Part shown: positions 17,346 through 26,994 of the stretch, in pieces | How positions within the stretch are numbered: the stretch's first letter is position 1 | How the letters are laid out: every line of letters begins with the position of its first letter | From: Candidatus Bathyarchaeota archaeon B63 | Lineage (GTDB): Archaea; Thermoproteota; Bathyarchaeia; Bathyarchaeales; DTEX01 | Length of the DNA stretch: 36,831 nucleotides | Direction of reading: 5' to 3' | Assembly: GCA_001593845.1 (NCBI GenBank) | Contig: LUCF01000004.1 | Span: 1 to 36,831 of the forward strand | The notes under the pieces: generated by a model | Databases searched by the model: none | The model's input: the letters and a program-made list of their open reading frames with translations, nothing else | What the model was told of the DNA's origin: nothing | Made by a program: the position numbers and the translations under genes

Positions 17346-18530
17346 GCTCTTAACGGCCTCGACGACGACCCTTGCAGGCGCATCCGTCTTGATCCCCCTC
17401 GTATTAAAATGGGTCGGCTGGGCCTCAAATCCCCCTCGAGATAATTTCTCGATGACCCTCCAGAGAGGTGGAGAGGGCAGATTAAGCCTATCGCTTATTT
17501 TATCGATCACGAAGTAGGTTGCAGGCGCATCCGTCTCCCCCTTAACAAGCCTCAGGAGCCTTCTGACCCGGCCGTCCAGCCCAGCTCGGCCCGCGGCGAT
17601 CCTCTCCATCTCTCCGCAGATGTCTCCGTTGGATAATCTCCCAAGCCAGAGCGGCCCGGCTGCCCTTAGGGAGCCCCCGCATTCCGGGCATCTCTTGGAT
17701 AGAAAGGGAGACACGTCGCGGATAGCCTCCCTATGGAAGCAGCTGAAGCAGTGTAGGATGTACCCCATCTCCCCGAGGCTCTCATCCGCCCTCTTGGCGC
17801 CGTGGATCAGCGTGGCATAGGCCCTTACATAATGCTCAGATTTGTGGCTGAAGAGGACCCTTATGCCGATCTCATGCTTGGCAGCCGCCCTGGCTAGGAC
17901 GCCTATCATGAGCCTCAAGCCTATCTCGTGGCAGTACTCGGTCCTGAGGGGGAGGCCGCCGTACTTCCTGAACGCGGCTTCCGGGTGTACGCCGCACAGG
18001 GGAGCCATATCGGTCGCCGTCATGGCTAGGAGCCCCCCATCCCTCAGTGCCCTGACCGCTGAGTCTAAGAACCGAACCGGAGACCCAAATGGGTCAATAT
18101 CGATGCAGTCGAATCTCCTATGAGGCGCGGCGTGTCTATTCATGAAGAGATTCGCATCCTCATTTAGGACGGATACGTGCCCAGTCAAGCCGTTAATCTC
18201 AACGTTGTACGCAGCCATCTTGAACGCCACGGGATTTATATCGTTCATGTAGACGTGTCTAACCCCCTCTATCTCCAAGGCGAACCTTATCCCCCTGACC
18301 CCGCAGCCGGCCAGCGGCTCAGCAATCAGTAGCTCCCTCCCCAAGGTCCTCTGGTATGCCTGCACTGCGAGTACGGCCACATCCCTGTTCAGCTTCATGG
18401 CAGGGTTATAAAAGACCGGGGCCTTGGAGGGGGCGTATTCCCAGGGCGCCCTCTTGAACTCTTCGAGCCTCGGAACGGCGAGCCTAGCCGCTCCCTCCCT
18501 TATAAACTCAACCGGGAAATCGAACCTCAT
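17337..18530 (-). CDS. trm1: tRNA (guanine26-N2)-dimethyltransferase
   Basis: 397 aa. VFYNPAMKLNRDVAV, EPLAGCGVRGIRFALE, IDIDPFGSP, and the Cys cluster CFSCFH...CPECGG. Its 3' end overlaps nadC by 9 nt (convergent). Confidence 0.9.
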   Translation of the reverse strand: MRFDFPVEFIREGAARLAVPRLEEFKRAPWEYAPSKAPVFYNPAMKLNRDVAVLAVQAYQRTLGRELLIAEPLAGCGVRGIRFALEIEGVRHVYMNDINPVAFKMAAYNVEINGLTGHVSVLNEDANLFMNRHAAPHRRFDCIDIDPFGSPVRFLDSAVRALRDGGLLAMTATDMAPLCGVHPEAAFRKYGGLPLRTEYCHEIGLRLMIGVLARAAAKHEIGIRVLFSHKSEHYVRAYATLIHGAKRADESLGEMGYILHCFSCFHREAIRDVSPFLSKRCPECGGSLRAAGPLWLGRLSNGDICGEMERIAAGRAGLDGRVRRLLRLVKGETDAPATYFVIDKISDRLNLPSPPLWRVIEKLSRGGFEAQPTHFNTRGIKTDAPARVVVEAVKSLA

Positions 18531-18641
18531 CCATATAGACCTCTCAGTCTGAATAAGCTAGGGCATCGTGCATACGCTGAGCCCTTCATCACATGAGACG
18601 ACGAGCCTCCGTATCTGTCCCTTCTCATTTATTACGTTTCT

Positions 18642-19775
18642 ATGTGTACACTTAATATTCTAATGGGCATTTATGAATCGAGAGGAAGGATGAATCCGTC
18701 AGAGAGGGTTCTTGCAGCTCTAAACCTCGAAGAGCCCGACGTCGTCCCCATAGGGGAGATAGGCTACGACCTGGGAAGACTATCATCGATTCTCAATATC
18801 CCTCTGGATGAGAGGATGAAACACGATGAGAGAGACGTCAAGATGAGAGTGGAGGTCCTCACCCGCTTCGTCGAGGCCCTCGACTTGGATATCGTCCCAG
18901 CCAATCCGAGCCCCCCTGAGGATGGGCCTAGAATCAGATGGTTAGACGAGGAGACATGGATCGACGAGTGGGGGGCCAAGTACCGGTATAAGAACGGAAT
19001 AAGCTGGTACGTGGGCCCGGGCTTGGATGACCCTGAGCAGATCTGGGAGCTTGAGCCGCCTGACCCCAATGCCCCAGGGATTATGGATGAGCCTAAGCTT
19101 CTAGTAGAGAGGTTCAAGGGCAGGAGGGCGGTGGCGGGCATCATACCAGGCCCTAAGATGCCATACCTGGCGAGGGGGATAGATGGCTATAACATCGACC
19201 TCTTCAGGAGGCCTTCCCTAGCAAGGAGGCTCATGGAGATGGCGACGGACTACAACACCGAGTTGGGTAAGAGGCTCATAGAGGTAGGTGTGGACTTCAT
19301 AGTCATGACCGGGGATGTCGCTTATAGGAGAGGCCCCCTAGTCTCGATTAAGCACTTCAGGGAGGTATTCGTCCCGGCGATCAGGGATCCAGCTAGGACA
19401 TTTCATAGGTTCGGGGTTCCGATGGTGAAGCATACTGACGGATACATCGAGCCGATAATCGAGGACCTCGTAAAGACGGGGATCAACGGGCTACACTCGA
19501 TCGAGCCGGCCGCTGGCATGAACATCAGAAGCGTCAAAGAGAGGTTTGGGAGCAAGATATGCCTCTGGGGAGGCGTGGACCTCTCCTACACGCTCTCTCT
19601 GGGCACGAGGGAGGAAGTAATAAAAGAAGTAAGGGACCGGATCTCCTCTGCTGCTCCGGGCGGGGGTTACATACTCAGCTCGTCTAATAGCTTCTCAACG
19701 GCGGTGAAGTTCGAGAACTTCAAGGCGATGGTCGAGGCGGGGAAAGCATATGGGAGATACCGGCCGCAGGGATGA
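18642..19775 (+). CDS. uroporphyrinogen decarboxylase (URO-D) family protein, MtaA/CmuA-like or sugar-locus type
   Basis: PSERVLAALNLEEPDVVPIGE at the N-terminus, and VKHTDGYIEPIIEDLVKTGINGLHSIEP. The likely true start is ATG 18690 (MNPSERV), preceded by GAGGAAGG. Confidence 0.75.
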   Translation: MCTLNILMGIYESRGRMNPSERVLAALNLEEPDVVPIGEIGYDLGRLSSILNIPLDERMKHDERDVKMRVEVLTRFVEALDLDIVPANPSPPEDGPRIRWLDEETWIDEWGAKYRYKNGISWYVGPGLDDPEQIWELEPPDPNAPGIMDEPKLLVERFKGRRAVAGIIPGPKMPYLARGIDGYNIDLFRRPSLARRLMEMATDYNTELGKRLIEVGVDFIVMTGDVAYRRGPLVSIKHFREVFVPAIRDPARTFHRFGVPMVKHTDGYIEPIIEDLVKTGINGLHSIEPAAGMNIRSVKERFGSKICLWGGVDLSYTLSLGTREEVIKEVRDRISSAAPGGGYILSSSNSFSTAVKFENFKAMVEAGKAYGRYRPQG

Positions 19776-19779
19776 GCCG

Positions 19780-20862
19780 CTAGGGAAGCGGGAGAAACTT
19801 TATGCAGACCGGTGCTGGAACCTTCGTCTCCTCCCCCGTCGGCTCAAGCATACCAGTCTCCCGGTCTATCCGGAACCCAACGATGTTATCTGTGTCTTGA
19901 TTTGCGACGAGAAGGAAATCGCCGGAGGGGTCTATGGCGAAGTTGCGTGGGGACCGCCCCCGCGTGGACTCGTGGCCGATGAGGCTAAGCCTCCCGGTCT
20001 CCCCATCTATCCTGTAGATGGCGATGCTGTCGTGTCCCCTGTTTGAGCCGTAAAGGAACATGCCTGAGGGGTCGACATGGATATCCGCCGGGTAATTCGC
20101 CCCCTCGTATCCATCAGGGAGCGTGGAGACCGTCTGAACTGGTTTAAGCCTGCCGCTTTCCCTGTCGTATGAGAAAGCGATGATCGTTGAGTCCAGCTCG
20201 TTTATCACGTACGCGAACCTCTCGTTCGGGTGGAAGGTGAAGTGGCGGGGGCCGGCGCCGGGCTGCGTTCTCACCCAAGGCTGATCGTTCGGCTTCAGCT
20301 TCCCCCTCTCCACATCGAACTTGTAGATCATTATCTTGTCTATTCCGAGGTCCGCGGCGTAGACGTACCTGTTCGAGGGGTCAACGACGACGGAGTGCGC
20401 ATGAGGCCCCATCTGACGTTTAGGGTCTATGCTGCTTCCTTCATGCTGGATTATATCGGTTGCTTCTCCAAGGCTTCCGTCATCCATCACCGGCAGGACG
20501 CATAGGCTGCCGCTGGAGTAATTTGCGGTGAGGACGTACCTGCCGGTCCCATCGACTGTTACATAGCATGGGGAGGTGCCCCCTGAGGGTTTACTGTTTA
20601 AGGGTGTCAGTTCCCCGGTCTCCCCATCTATCATGAATGAGCTCACCGCACCTGACCTTCTACCCATGAAGGAATGAACCTCATTAACCGCGTAGAGGCT
20701 GCCCTTCTGAGGGGAGATCGCGAGGAACGATGGATTATTCAAGTTAACAGCCTTCCCCGCCGGCTTGAGGCTGCCTGTCTCCGGGTCCATCACGTAAATG
20801 TATATTCCCTTGCTTCCCCTACGGGTGTAAGTCCCGACATAAACGAGCATCTTCTCAGCCAC
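19780..20862 (-). CDS. 7-bladed beta-propeller lactonase (6-phosphogluconolactonase, COG2706-type)
   Basis: 360 aa. YVGTYT start and repeated blade motifs (VDGTGRYVLTANY, VDPSNRYVYAADL, FHPNERFAYVINE, VDPSGMFLYGSNR, IDPSGDFLLVANQ). Confidence 0.85.
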   Translation of the reverse strand: MAEKMLVYVGTYTRRGSKGIYIYVMDPETGSLKPAGKAVNLNNPSFLAISPQKGSLYAVNEVHSFMGRRSGAVSSFMIDGETGELTPLNSKPSGGTSPCYVTVDGTGRYVLTANYSSGSLCVLPVMDDGSLGEATDIIQHEGSSIDPKRQMGPHAHSVVVDPSNRYVYAADLGIDKIMIYKFDVERGKLKPNDQPWVRTQPGAGPRHFTFHPNERFAYVINELDSTIIAFSYDRESGRLKPVQTVSTLPDGYEGANYPADIHVDPSGMFLYGSNRGHDSIAIYRIDGETGRLSLIGHESTRGRSPRNFAIDPSGDFLLVANQDTDNIVGFRIDRETGMLEPTGEETKVPAPVCIKFLPLP

Positions 20863-21017
20863 ACTATACCCCCCATCTGGCGCCGTGATTACTCACCCTT
20901 CCCCATCACCATGCTAGGACTTATAAAGGGAAGCAGAGCAATATGAATCTTCCCGTGAAATCAGCCTCAGACGCATTACTCGGATAAAATCTAAAAAGGG
21001 GCGCTTCCTCTGTTAGA

Positions 21018-22013
21018 TTGATGGTTTCCAAGGAAGGGGGGTTCACAGTGGGGCTTAAAGAAATAGGCTGGAACGGCTTCCTAATCAGGGTGCCCGAGGA
21101 GATGCATTTCACGCGTCAAGGTGGGAATGCCAAGGAAGGGACCTTCGTAATAGAGTCTGAGGAAGGCATCATCGATCTTAGTTGGAGGCCCATTCAGGAG
21201 GAACCCCAATCTCTCCTCTCCGCCGTAGAGACGATAATAGATTATGCAAAGAAGGAGGCCAAAAAGAAAGGCTTGAAGTTCAGCATAAAAGAGAAGCAGA
21301 GGGTACTCGTTAACAAGCATGATGCATTCTACCTGCTTGTGAAATCCGCAGTTGAGGAGAGATACTATATCTGGCTATGCAAGGAAAGCGGCAGAATAGC
21401 CTCGGTCAGATTCATCTTTAAGGAATTCGATGAGAAAGCAAAGAGGATCATCAAGCAATTCCTAAGCAGCCTGAGATGCCATACGGATGGGAATAACGTG
21501 TGGTCCCTACTGAAGATCCGCTTCGAGGCCCCGAAGTCCCTCCTCCTGACTGAGTCGAGGTTTGGGGTGGGCCGAGCTCACATCACGCTGGCAGAAAAGG
21601 AGGTCTCCGCCCTTGAGGAGAGGACGAGGAGCATCCACGTTGATTACTTCTCCGTAGCGAACCTCATATTCAAAGATACATATCAAGACCCTGGAAGGTG
21701 GTTCGAGAAGAATTACAAGAAAGAATTTAGAAAGATGCTTAAGAAGTGGAGGATCAAGTTCGATACGATAGGCGAGAGGGAACTCGGGGGCCACAAGGCC
21801 GTAATAAAAGAGGCGAGGACGACCTCTGGCTTATTAACGAGGGGTTCCGAGATCTGCTCGGTCGCCTGCTGGTACTGTGAAGATATGAATAGGATGTATT
21901 CAGTCGCGGTCCGTTCGAGGATCGTTAGATTCGTGTTCCTTAAGAGGAGGCTGAAGGAGGAAGAACACAACGAGATGTTCGACAGTCTTCTCAGATCTTT
22001 CAAGTGCCATTAA
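21018..22013 (+). CDS. hypothetical protein built from two tandem copies of an unrecognised ~160-aa domain
   Basis: 331 aa, Lys/Glu/Phe-rich, visibly more A/T-rich than its neighbours. Both halves end in a similar tail (KQFLSSLRCH at about 147-156, DSLLRSFKCH at 322-331). Both start with W-x-(F/L)-L-I/K-R-x-P-like strands. The ATG at 21021 is an alternative start. Confidence 0.6.
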   Translation: MMVSKEGGFTVGLKEIGWNGFLIRVPEEMHFTRQGGNAKEGTFVIESEEGIIDLSWRPIQEEPQSLLSAVETIIDYAKKEAKKKGLKFSIKEKQRVLVNKHDAFYLLVKSAVEERYYIWLCKESGRIASVRFIFKEFDEKAKRIIKQFLSSLRCHTDGNNVWSLLKIRFEAPKSLLLTESRFGVGRAHITLAEKEVSALEERTRSIHVDYFSVANLIFKDTYQDPGRWFEKNYKKEFRKMLKKWRIKFDTIGERELGGHKAVIKEARTTSGLLTRGSEICSVACWYCEDMNRMYSVAVRSRIVRFVFLKRRLKEEEHNEMFDSLLRSFKCH

Positions 22014-22106
22014 GCTTGAACTAAGAAGGCATACGGCTATACAGGGATGGCTTTCTGATTAGACCGGCTCCTTGAGTGGGGGAAGAGGCCTTCCCGTCAT
22101 CATTTA

Positions 22107-22583
22107 CTATCGCCCAGTTTTCTTCAGGGCCTCCTTTTCGAGGCGTTCCTTGAGTTCCTCAGGAACGATGAAGGCTATCAGTCCACGTTTAACCAGACTA
22201 TTCAGGTAAGTCTCCAGCGAGATCTCCGCCTCCCTTGCCAGGAACTTATATTTCTGGCAGAGGAAATCAATGATCTCCTTCGTCGTCCTCTTTCCGTCGC
22301 ATAATTCCCAGACCGTTGACCCGATAACATCCAGTTGTATCCGTCTCTCCTCCGGCGTAGGGAGTATGCGGGAGAAAAAGCCCTTACGTCTAGTTCTCCT
22401 CCTCTTTTGGCCCTTCTCCTCCTCCCCGGTCTTCTTCATGGGGATGGAGATTTTGATCTCGCCCTTCTCGTTCTTCTCCCACTTGATGATCGGGTTCCGC
22501 AGCGGCCTCAGCTTTAAAAACTCGCTTCGACTTATCCTCGGCCCCTCCGGCTTCTTCCTGCGCCTCAGCTTGCCCAGTATCAT
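22107..22583 (-). CDS. PqqD-family (RiPP recognition element-like) protein with a polybasic N-terminal extension
   Basis: The C-terminal part, QLDVIGSTVWELCDGKRTTKEIIDFLCQKYKFLAREAEISLETYLNSLVKRGLI, is a canonical PqqD/RRE winged helix. I prefer the start at ATG 22583 (MILGKLRRRKK). TTTTTAAA on the minus strand (22628-22621) lies 38 nt upstream of it, inside the longer track ORF (to 22709). Confidence 0.7.
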   Translation of the reverse strand: MILGKLRRRKKPEGPRISRSEFLKLRPLRNPIIKWEKNEKGEIKISIPMKKTGEEEKGQKRRRTRRKGFFSRILPTPEERRIQLDVIGSTVWELCDGKRTTKEIIDFLCQKYKFLAREAEISLETYLNSLVKRGLIAFIVPEELKERLEKEALKKTGR

Positions 22584-22756
22584 CGTCCCTTCCGTCCCAA
22601 ATGAAGAGTATGTAAAGTTCTTTAAAAACTTAATAACTGGGAGAGACCTGAATGAGGGCTCGGAATAAGCTTTTAAGCGGAGATGAGGAGTTCTTATCCC
22701 GTACTCCAAACGGATCGCGGTTAATGACGAGTGGATGGTAGCAGACTAAAACCAGT

Positions 22757-24640
22757 ATGGCGGGCCTCCATATGATAATCTTCCAGCCTCACGGAAAAAG
22801 AATAGCCGCCGCCCAAGGGGAGACCCTGCTGGATGCGGCTAAAGACGCGGGGATCGCCGTAAACGCGCTCTGCGGCGGAGCCGGCCTATGCGGAAAATGC
22901 AGAGTGATGGTCCTGCGGGGTGAACGGAACTTATCCCCACCTACGGAGGCTGAGCGGAGATCGCTCTCAGAGGAGGACATCTCCAACGGCTTCAGGCTTG
23001 CCTGCCAGGCGACGGTCAGTGGAAAGGGGCCGATCGTGATCCTGGTCCCGCCGGAAAGCCGGGCTGAGAGGCAGAGGCTGCTCCTAAGAGGCTTGGAGGA
23101 GAAGATCAGCCCCCAGCCAGCTGTGAGGGAGCTCAACATCCGCCTCAAGGAGCCCTCCCTGAAGGACGTCGTTGCGGATGTGGATAGGCTTCTCAGGATC
23201 CTTGAGTCAGAGGTCGGCGCGAAGGTTAAGATCGATTACGAGGCGATGATCAGGGTTCCGCATGTCCTCCGGCGGGGTGGATGGCGGGTCTCCGTTGTGC
23301 TCTGGAGGGATCGGGAGGTAATCTCAGTTGAGCCTTCCCCCACCGGTCTGTACGGCTTCGCAGTTGATGTTGGGACGACGAAGCTAGCCGGGTACCTCGT
23401 TGACCTGAGGAGCGGAAGGGTCGCGGCGGCGGCCTCGATGATGAATCCCCAGATAGCGTATGGGGAGGACGTGATCACGAGGATAAAGTTCGCCTCGGAG
23501 GGTGAGGGAAACCTCAGGGTTCTCAGCCGAAGCATAATCGAGGGGATCAATAACCTCATCGGCGAGGCCTGCGGGAAGGCTCATGTATCCACGCGTGAGA
23601 TATACGATGTGACGGTTGCGGGGAACACCGTTATGCATCACATTCTCCTAGGCATCCCCCCGAATTATGTTGCGTTGATGCCCTACCCCGCGGCTCTCCA
23701 GTCGCCGGTCGATGTGAAGGCTAGGGAGCTGGGCATAGATGTGAACCCAGGAGCCTACGTTTATGCCCTGCCCACGATAGCCGGGTTTGTGGGCGGAGAC
23801 GCCGTCGCCGACATCCTGGCCACAGGCATCCACACGGCCGAGGAGATCTCGATGCTGATTGACATCGGGACGAACACGGAGATAATCCTCGGCGACAGGG
23901 AGAGCCTCATCGCCTGCTCATGTGCATCAGGCCCGGCCTTCGAGGGGGCTCACATAAAGCATGGGATGAGGGCGATAAGCGGAGCGATCGAGCATGTCTG
24001 GATTGACCCGGAGACCCTTGAGGCTGGATATAAGACGGTTGATGATGAGGAGGCCAGGGGGATCTGCGGATCCGGGATAATCGACGTCATAGCTGAGATG
24101 CTGAAGGCCGGACTGATCGATCAGAGCGGAAGGTTAAACAGCGAAGCTGAGACTCCTAGGCTGAGGGGGGATGGAAACTCAGCTGAGTACGTTGTAGCGT
24201 GGGGGGATGAGACGGCGAACGGCCATGACATAGTCGTAACCCAGAACGATGTAAGGGAGATACAGCTCGCGAAGGCCGCAATATACACGGGAGCCTCGAT
24301 CCTGATGAGGCATAGGGGGGTCCGGCCGAACGATATCCGTAGGGTCTACTTGGCCGGGGCCTTCGGGAACTACGTGGATCCCCAGAACGCCAAGATAATT
24401 GGGATGTACCCGGATGTTCCCCTTGAGAGGGTCAGATTCGTGGGGAACACAGCTGGCTCAGGCGCCAGGATGACCCTCCTCTCCGTCGAGGCTAGGAGGG
24501 CGGCTGAGGAGATCGCTGGGAAAGTTAGGTACGTCGAGCTCGGCGCAGACCCGGAGTTCCAAACGGAGTTTCTCAAGGCGACTTATCTGCCTCATAGGGA
24601 GCCTGAGAGGTTCCCAAGCGTCATCGCGCTGCTAAAGTAG
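22757..24640 (+). CDS. ASKHA-fold ATPase with N-terminal plant-type [2Fe-2S] ferredoxin domain (DUF4445; RACo / corrinoid reductive-activase-like)
   Basis: 627 aa. LCGGAGLCGKCRV...LACQ ferredoxin motif. ASKHA phosphate motifs FAVDVGTTKLAGY and LIDIGTNTEIIL. GSGIIDVIAE is also present. Confidence 0.85.
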   Translation: MAGLHMIIFQPHGKRIAAAQGETLLDAAKDAGIAVNALCGGAGLCGKCRVMVLRGERNLSPPTEAERRSLSEEDISNGFRLACQATVSGKGPIVILVPPESRAERQRLLLRGLEEKISPQPAVRELNIRLKEPSLKDVVADVDRLLRILESEVGAKVKIDYEAMIRVPHVLRRGGWRVSVVLWRDREVISVEPSPTGLYGFAVDVGTTKLAGYLVDLRSGRVAAAASMMNPQIAYGEDVITRIKFASEGEGNLRVLSRSIIEGINNLIGEACGKAHVSTREIYDVTVAGNTVMHHILLGIPPNYVALMPYPAALQSPVDVKARELGIDVNPGAYVYALPTIAGFVGGDAVADILATGIHTAEEISMLIDIGTNTEIILGDRESLIACSCASGPAFEGAHIKHGMRAISGAIEHVWIDPETLEAGYKTVDDEEARGICGSGIIDVIAEMLKAGLIDQSGRLNSEAETPRLRGDGNSAEYVVAWGDETANGHDIVVTQNDVREIQLAKAAIYTGASILMRHRGVRPNDIRRVYLAGAFGNYVDPQNAKIIGMYPDVPLERVRFVGNTAGSGARMTLLSVEARRAAEEIAGKVRYVELGADPEFQTEFLKATYLPHREPERFPSVIALLK

Positions 24641-24690
24641 GAGGGATGCCCATCCCGGCGGGGCATGCCGTTCTAGCCTTATAAGGCTCC

Positions 24691-25893
24691 TTGGATAATT
24701 CTCTTGTTAAGTCAGACCTGGTGGTGCGGTTGAGGCTCGCGAGGAGAACAGGGCTTATCAAGCCCTCTGGAACAATAGCCATGGCCGAGAAGGCGCGGGA
24801 GATGGAGCGGAGGGGGAGGAGAATCTGCCGTTTGGATGTGGGCGAGCCGGACTTCGATACGCCAGAGCACATAAAGGAGGCGGCCATAAAGGCAATAAAG
24901 GAGGGATTCACGCATTACACCCCAAGCAGGGGACTCCCGGAGCTTAGGGAGGCCATAGCCGAGGACCTTGAGAGGAGAGGCATACAGGCGGATCCGAAGA
25001 GCGAGATAATCGTGACGCCGGGGGCGAAGCACGCGATATACTGCGCATGCCTCTCAACCCTTGACCCCGGAGACGAGGTTCTAGTCCTCTCGCCTACATG
25101 GACGACCCATTTCCAGTGCATCGAGATCGCCGAGGCCCGCGCCGTTGAGGTTCCATGCGGCGAGGAGTACAGCCTGGATGAGGAGGAGCTGAAGGCCAGG
25201 GTCACGGGGAAGACCAAGATGATACTGATGGGCTCGCCTAATAACCCGACGGGCGGGGTGCTGAGCGACGGCGCCGTCAGGGCGATCGTCGAGATCGCTG
25301 AGGATAACGATCTTCTGATCCTCTCAGATGAGATCTACGATAGGCTCGTCTATGACGGGCTTAAGCCTATCAGCCCATCTTCAATCGGGGATCGCGAGAG
25401 GATAATCGTCGTGAATGGGTTCAGCAAGGCATACGCGATGACGGGGTGGAGGCTCGGGTACGCATATGCATGCAGGGAGATAATCGACTCTATGACCCGT
25501 ATCCAGCAGTCCACGACGACGTGCCCCGTCAGCTTCGTCCAGAAGGCCGGAGTGGAGGCCCTGAGAGGCCCGCAGGCGGATGTCGAGAGGATGGTTAGGG
25601 AGTATGATCGGAGAAGACGATTCATCGTCGAGGGGCTGAACGAGATTGAGGGATTCAGGTGCACCATGCCGAGGGGCGCCTTCTACGCCTTCCCCGACAT
25701 ATCCGGGTTCGGGATGCCGAGCTCAGATTTCTGCCTCAGGCTCTTGGAGGAGAAGGGGGTCTCAACCACCCCGGGAAGCATCTTCGGAGAGTCCGGTGAG
25801 GGCCACATAAGGGTCTCATACGCGAATAATATCCAGGTGCTCAGGGAGGCCGTAGAGAAAATAAGGGAGTTTGCGGATGATTTATGGAGGTGA
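24691..25893 (+). CDS. class I/II PLP-dependent aminotransferase (aspartate/aromatic aminotransferase-like)
   Basis: 400 aa. LDVGEPDFDTPEHI, GSPNNPTGG, NGFSKAYAMTGWRLGY (PLP lysine), and IRVSYA. The TTG start is uncertain by a few codons. Confidence 0.9.
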   Translation: MDNSLVKSDLVVRLRLARRTGLIKPSGTIAMAEKAREMERRGRRICRLDVGEPDFDTPEHIKEAAIKAIKEGFTHYTPSRGLPELREAIAEDLERRGIQADPKSEIIVTPGAKHAIYCACLSTLDPGDEVLVLSPTWTTHFQCIEIAEARAVEVPCGEEYSLDEEELKARVTGKTKMILMGSPNNPTGGVLSDGAVRAIVEIAEDNDLLILSDEIYDRLVYDGLKPISPSSIGDRERIIVVNGFSKAYAMTGWRLGYAYACREIIDSMTRIQQSTTTCPVSFVQKAGVEALRGPQADVERMVREYDRRRRFIVEGLNEIEGFRCTMPRGAFYAFPDISGFGMPSSDFCLRLLEEKGVSTTPGSIFGESGEGHIRVSYANNIQVLREAVEKIREFADDLWR

Positions 25894-25902
25894 GCTGATC
25901 AC

Positions 25903-26994
25903 ATGTTCGATGAGAAGGCCTTATCAGTCCTTAGGAGGATGACTGAGTCATTCGGCCCATCCGGATTCGAGACTGAAACCTCGCGTATAATAAAGGAGTA
26001 CATGGAGGATTATTCCGACGGGATCTTGACTGACAAGCTGGGCTCCATCATCTTCGTCGCGAGGGGAGGAAGCGAGAGGCCCCATGTTCTCCTAGCCGGG
26101 CACATCGATGAGGTAGGCTTCGTCGTCTCAGGCATAGAGGAGAAGACGGGCTTCCTAACCTTCAATCCTCTTGGGGGATGGTGGGATCAGGTTCTCCTCT
26201 CCCAGAAGGTCATAGTGAGAACATCTAAGGGGGACATCATAGGGGTAATCGCCGCTAAGCCGCCGCATCTCCTGACCGAGGAGGAAAGGAAGAAGGTCGT
26301 GACGAAGGATAAGATGTTCATAGACATAGGGGCTACATCCAAGGAAGAGGCAGAAAGAGCAGGCGTGAAGATAGGTGATCCGATAGTCCCGTGGTCGCCC
26401 TTCTCCCTCCTCAGGGATGGAAAGGTCGCGATGGGGAAGGCCTTCGACGACCGGATAGGGGCCTTCATCATCATGGAGACCATCAGGAGGATAAAAGAGA
26501 AGGGGATAGATCACCCAAACACGGTTTATGGCGCCGCTACCGTTCAGGAGGAGGTTGGGGCGCGGGGGGCACAGACCGTCGCCCATCTAGTCGATCCGGA
26601 CGTCGGGCTGGTCTTGGAGGTGGACATCTCCGGGGATGTGCCCGGCATAAAACCCTTCGAGGCCCCGGCAAAGATGGGTAGGGGCCCGAGCCTCATAACA
26701 TTCGACCGAAGCATGATCCCGAACCAGCCTCTCAAGGAGTTCGTCATGGAGACCGCTGAGGAGATAGGCATCCCGCTTCAGCTCTCCCAGGTTCCGCGGG
26801 GAGGAACGGATGCCGGCCGGATCCACCTGAACAGGGTAGGCTGCCCAAGCGTCGTTATCAGCATCCCGACCAGGCACATCCACAGCCACGTAGGACTTCT
26901 CAGCCTGGACGACGTTGAGAACGCAGTCAAGCTCATAACCGAGCTCGTGAAGAGGCTCGACAAGGAGACGGTGGACGGCTTCACGAGGATCTAA
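25903..26994 (+). CDS. M42 family metallo-aminopeptidase (TET/FrvX-like)
   Basis: 363 aa. LAGHIDEVGFVV, KAFDDRIG, TVQEEVGARGA and PRGGTDAG. Confidence 0.9.
   Translation: MFDEKALSVLRRMTESFGPSGFETETSRIIKEYMEDYSDGILTDKLGSIIFVARGGSERPHVLLAGHIDEVGFVVSGIEEKTGFLTFNPLGGWWDQVLLSQKVIVRTSKGDIIGVIAAKPPHLLTEEERKKVVTKDKMFIDIGATSKEEAERAGVKIGDPIVPWSPFSLLRDGKVAMGKAFDDRIGAFIIMETIRRIKEKGIDHPNTVYGAATVQEEVGARGAQTVAHLVDPDVGLVLEVDISGDVPGIKPFEAPAKMGRGPSLITFDRSMIPNQPLKEFVMETAEEIGIPLQLSQVPRGGTDAGRIHLNRVGCPSVVISIPTRHIHSHVGLLSLDDVENAVKLITELVKRLDKETVDGFTRI

Noticed and set aside
22584-22709. The N-terminal 42-codon extension of the PqqD-like ORF (TTG 22709).
   Set aside because: The extension contains the TATA-like TTTTTAAA box (22621-22628) and has non-protein-like composition. 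ATG 22583 gives a sensible product.
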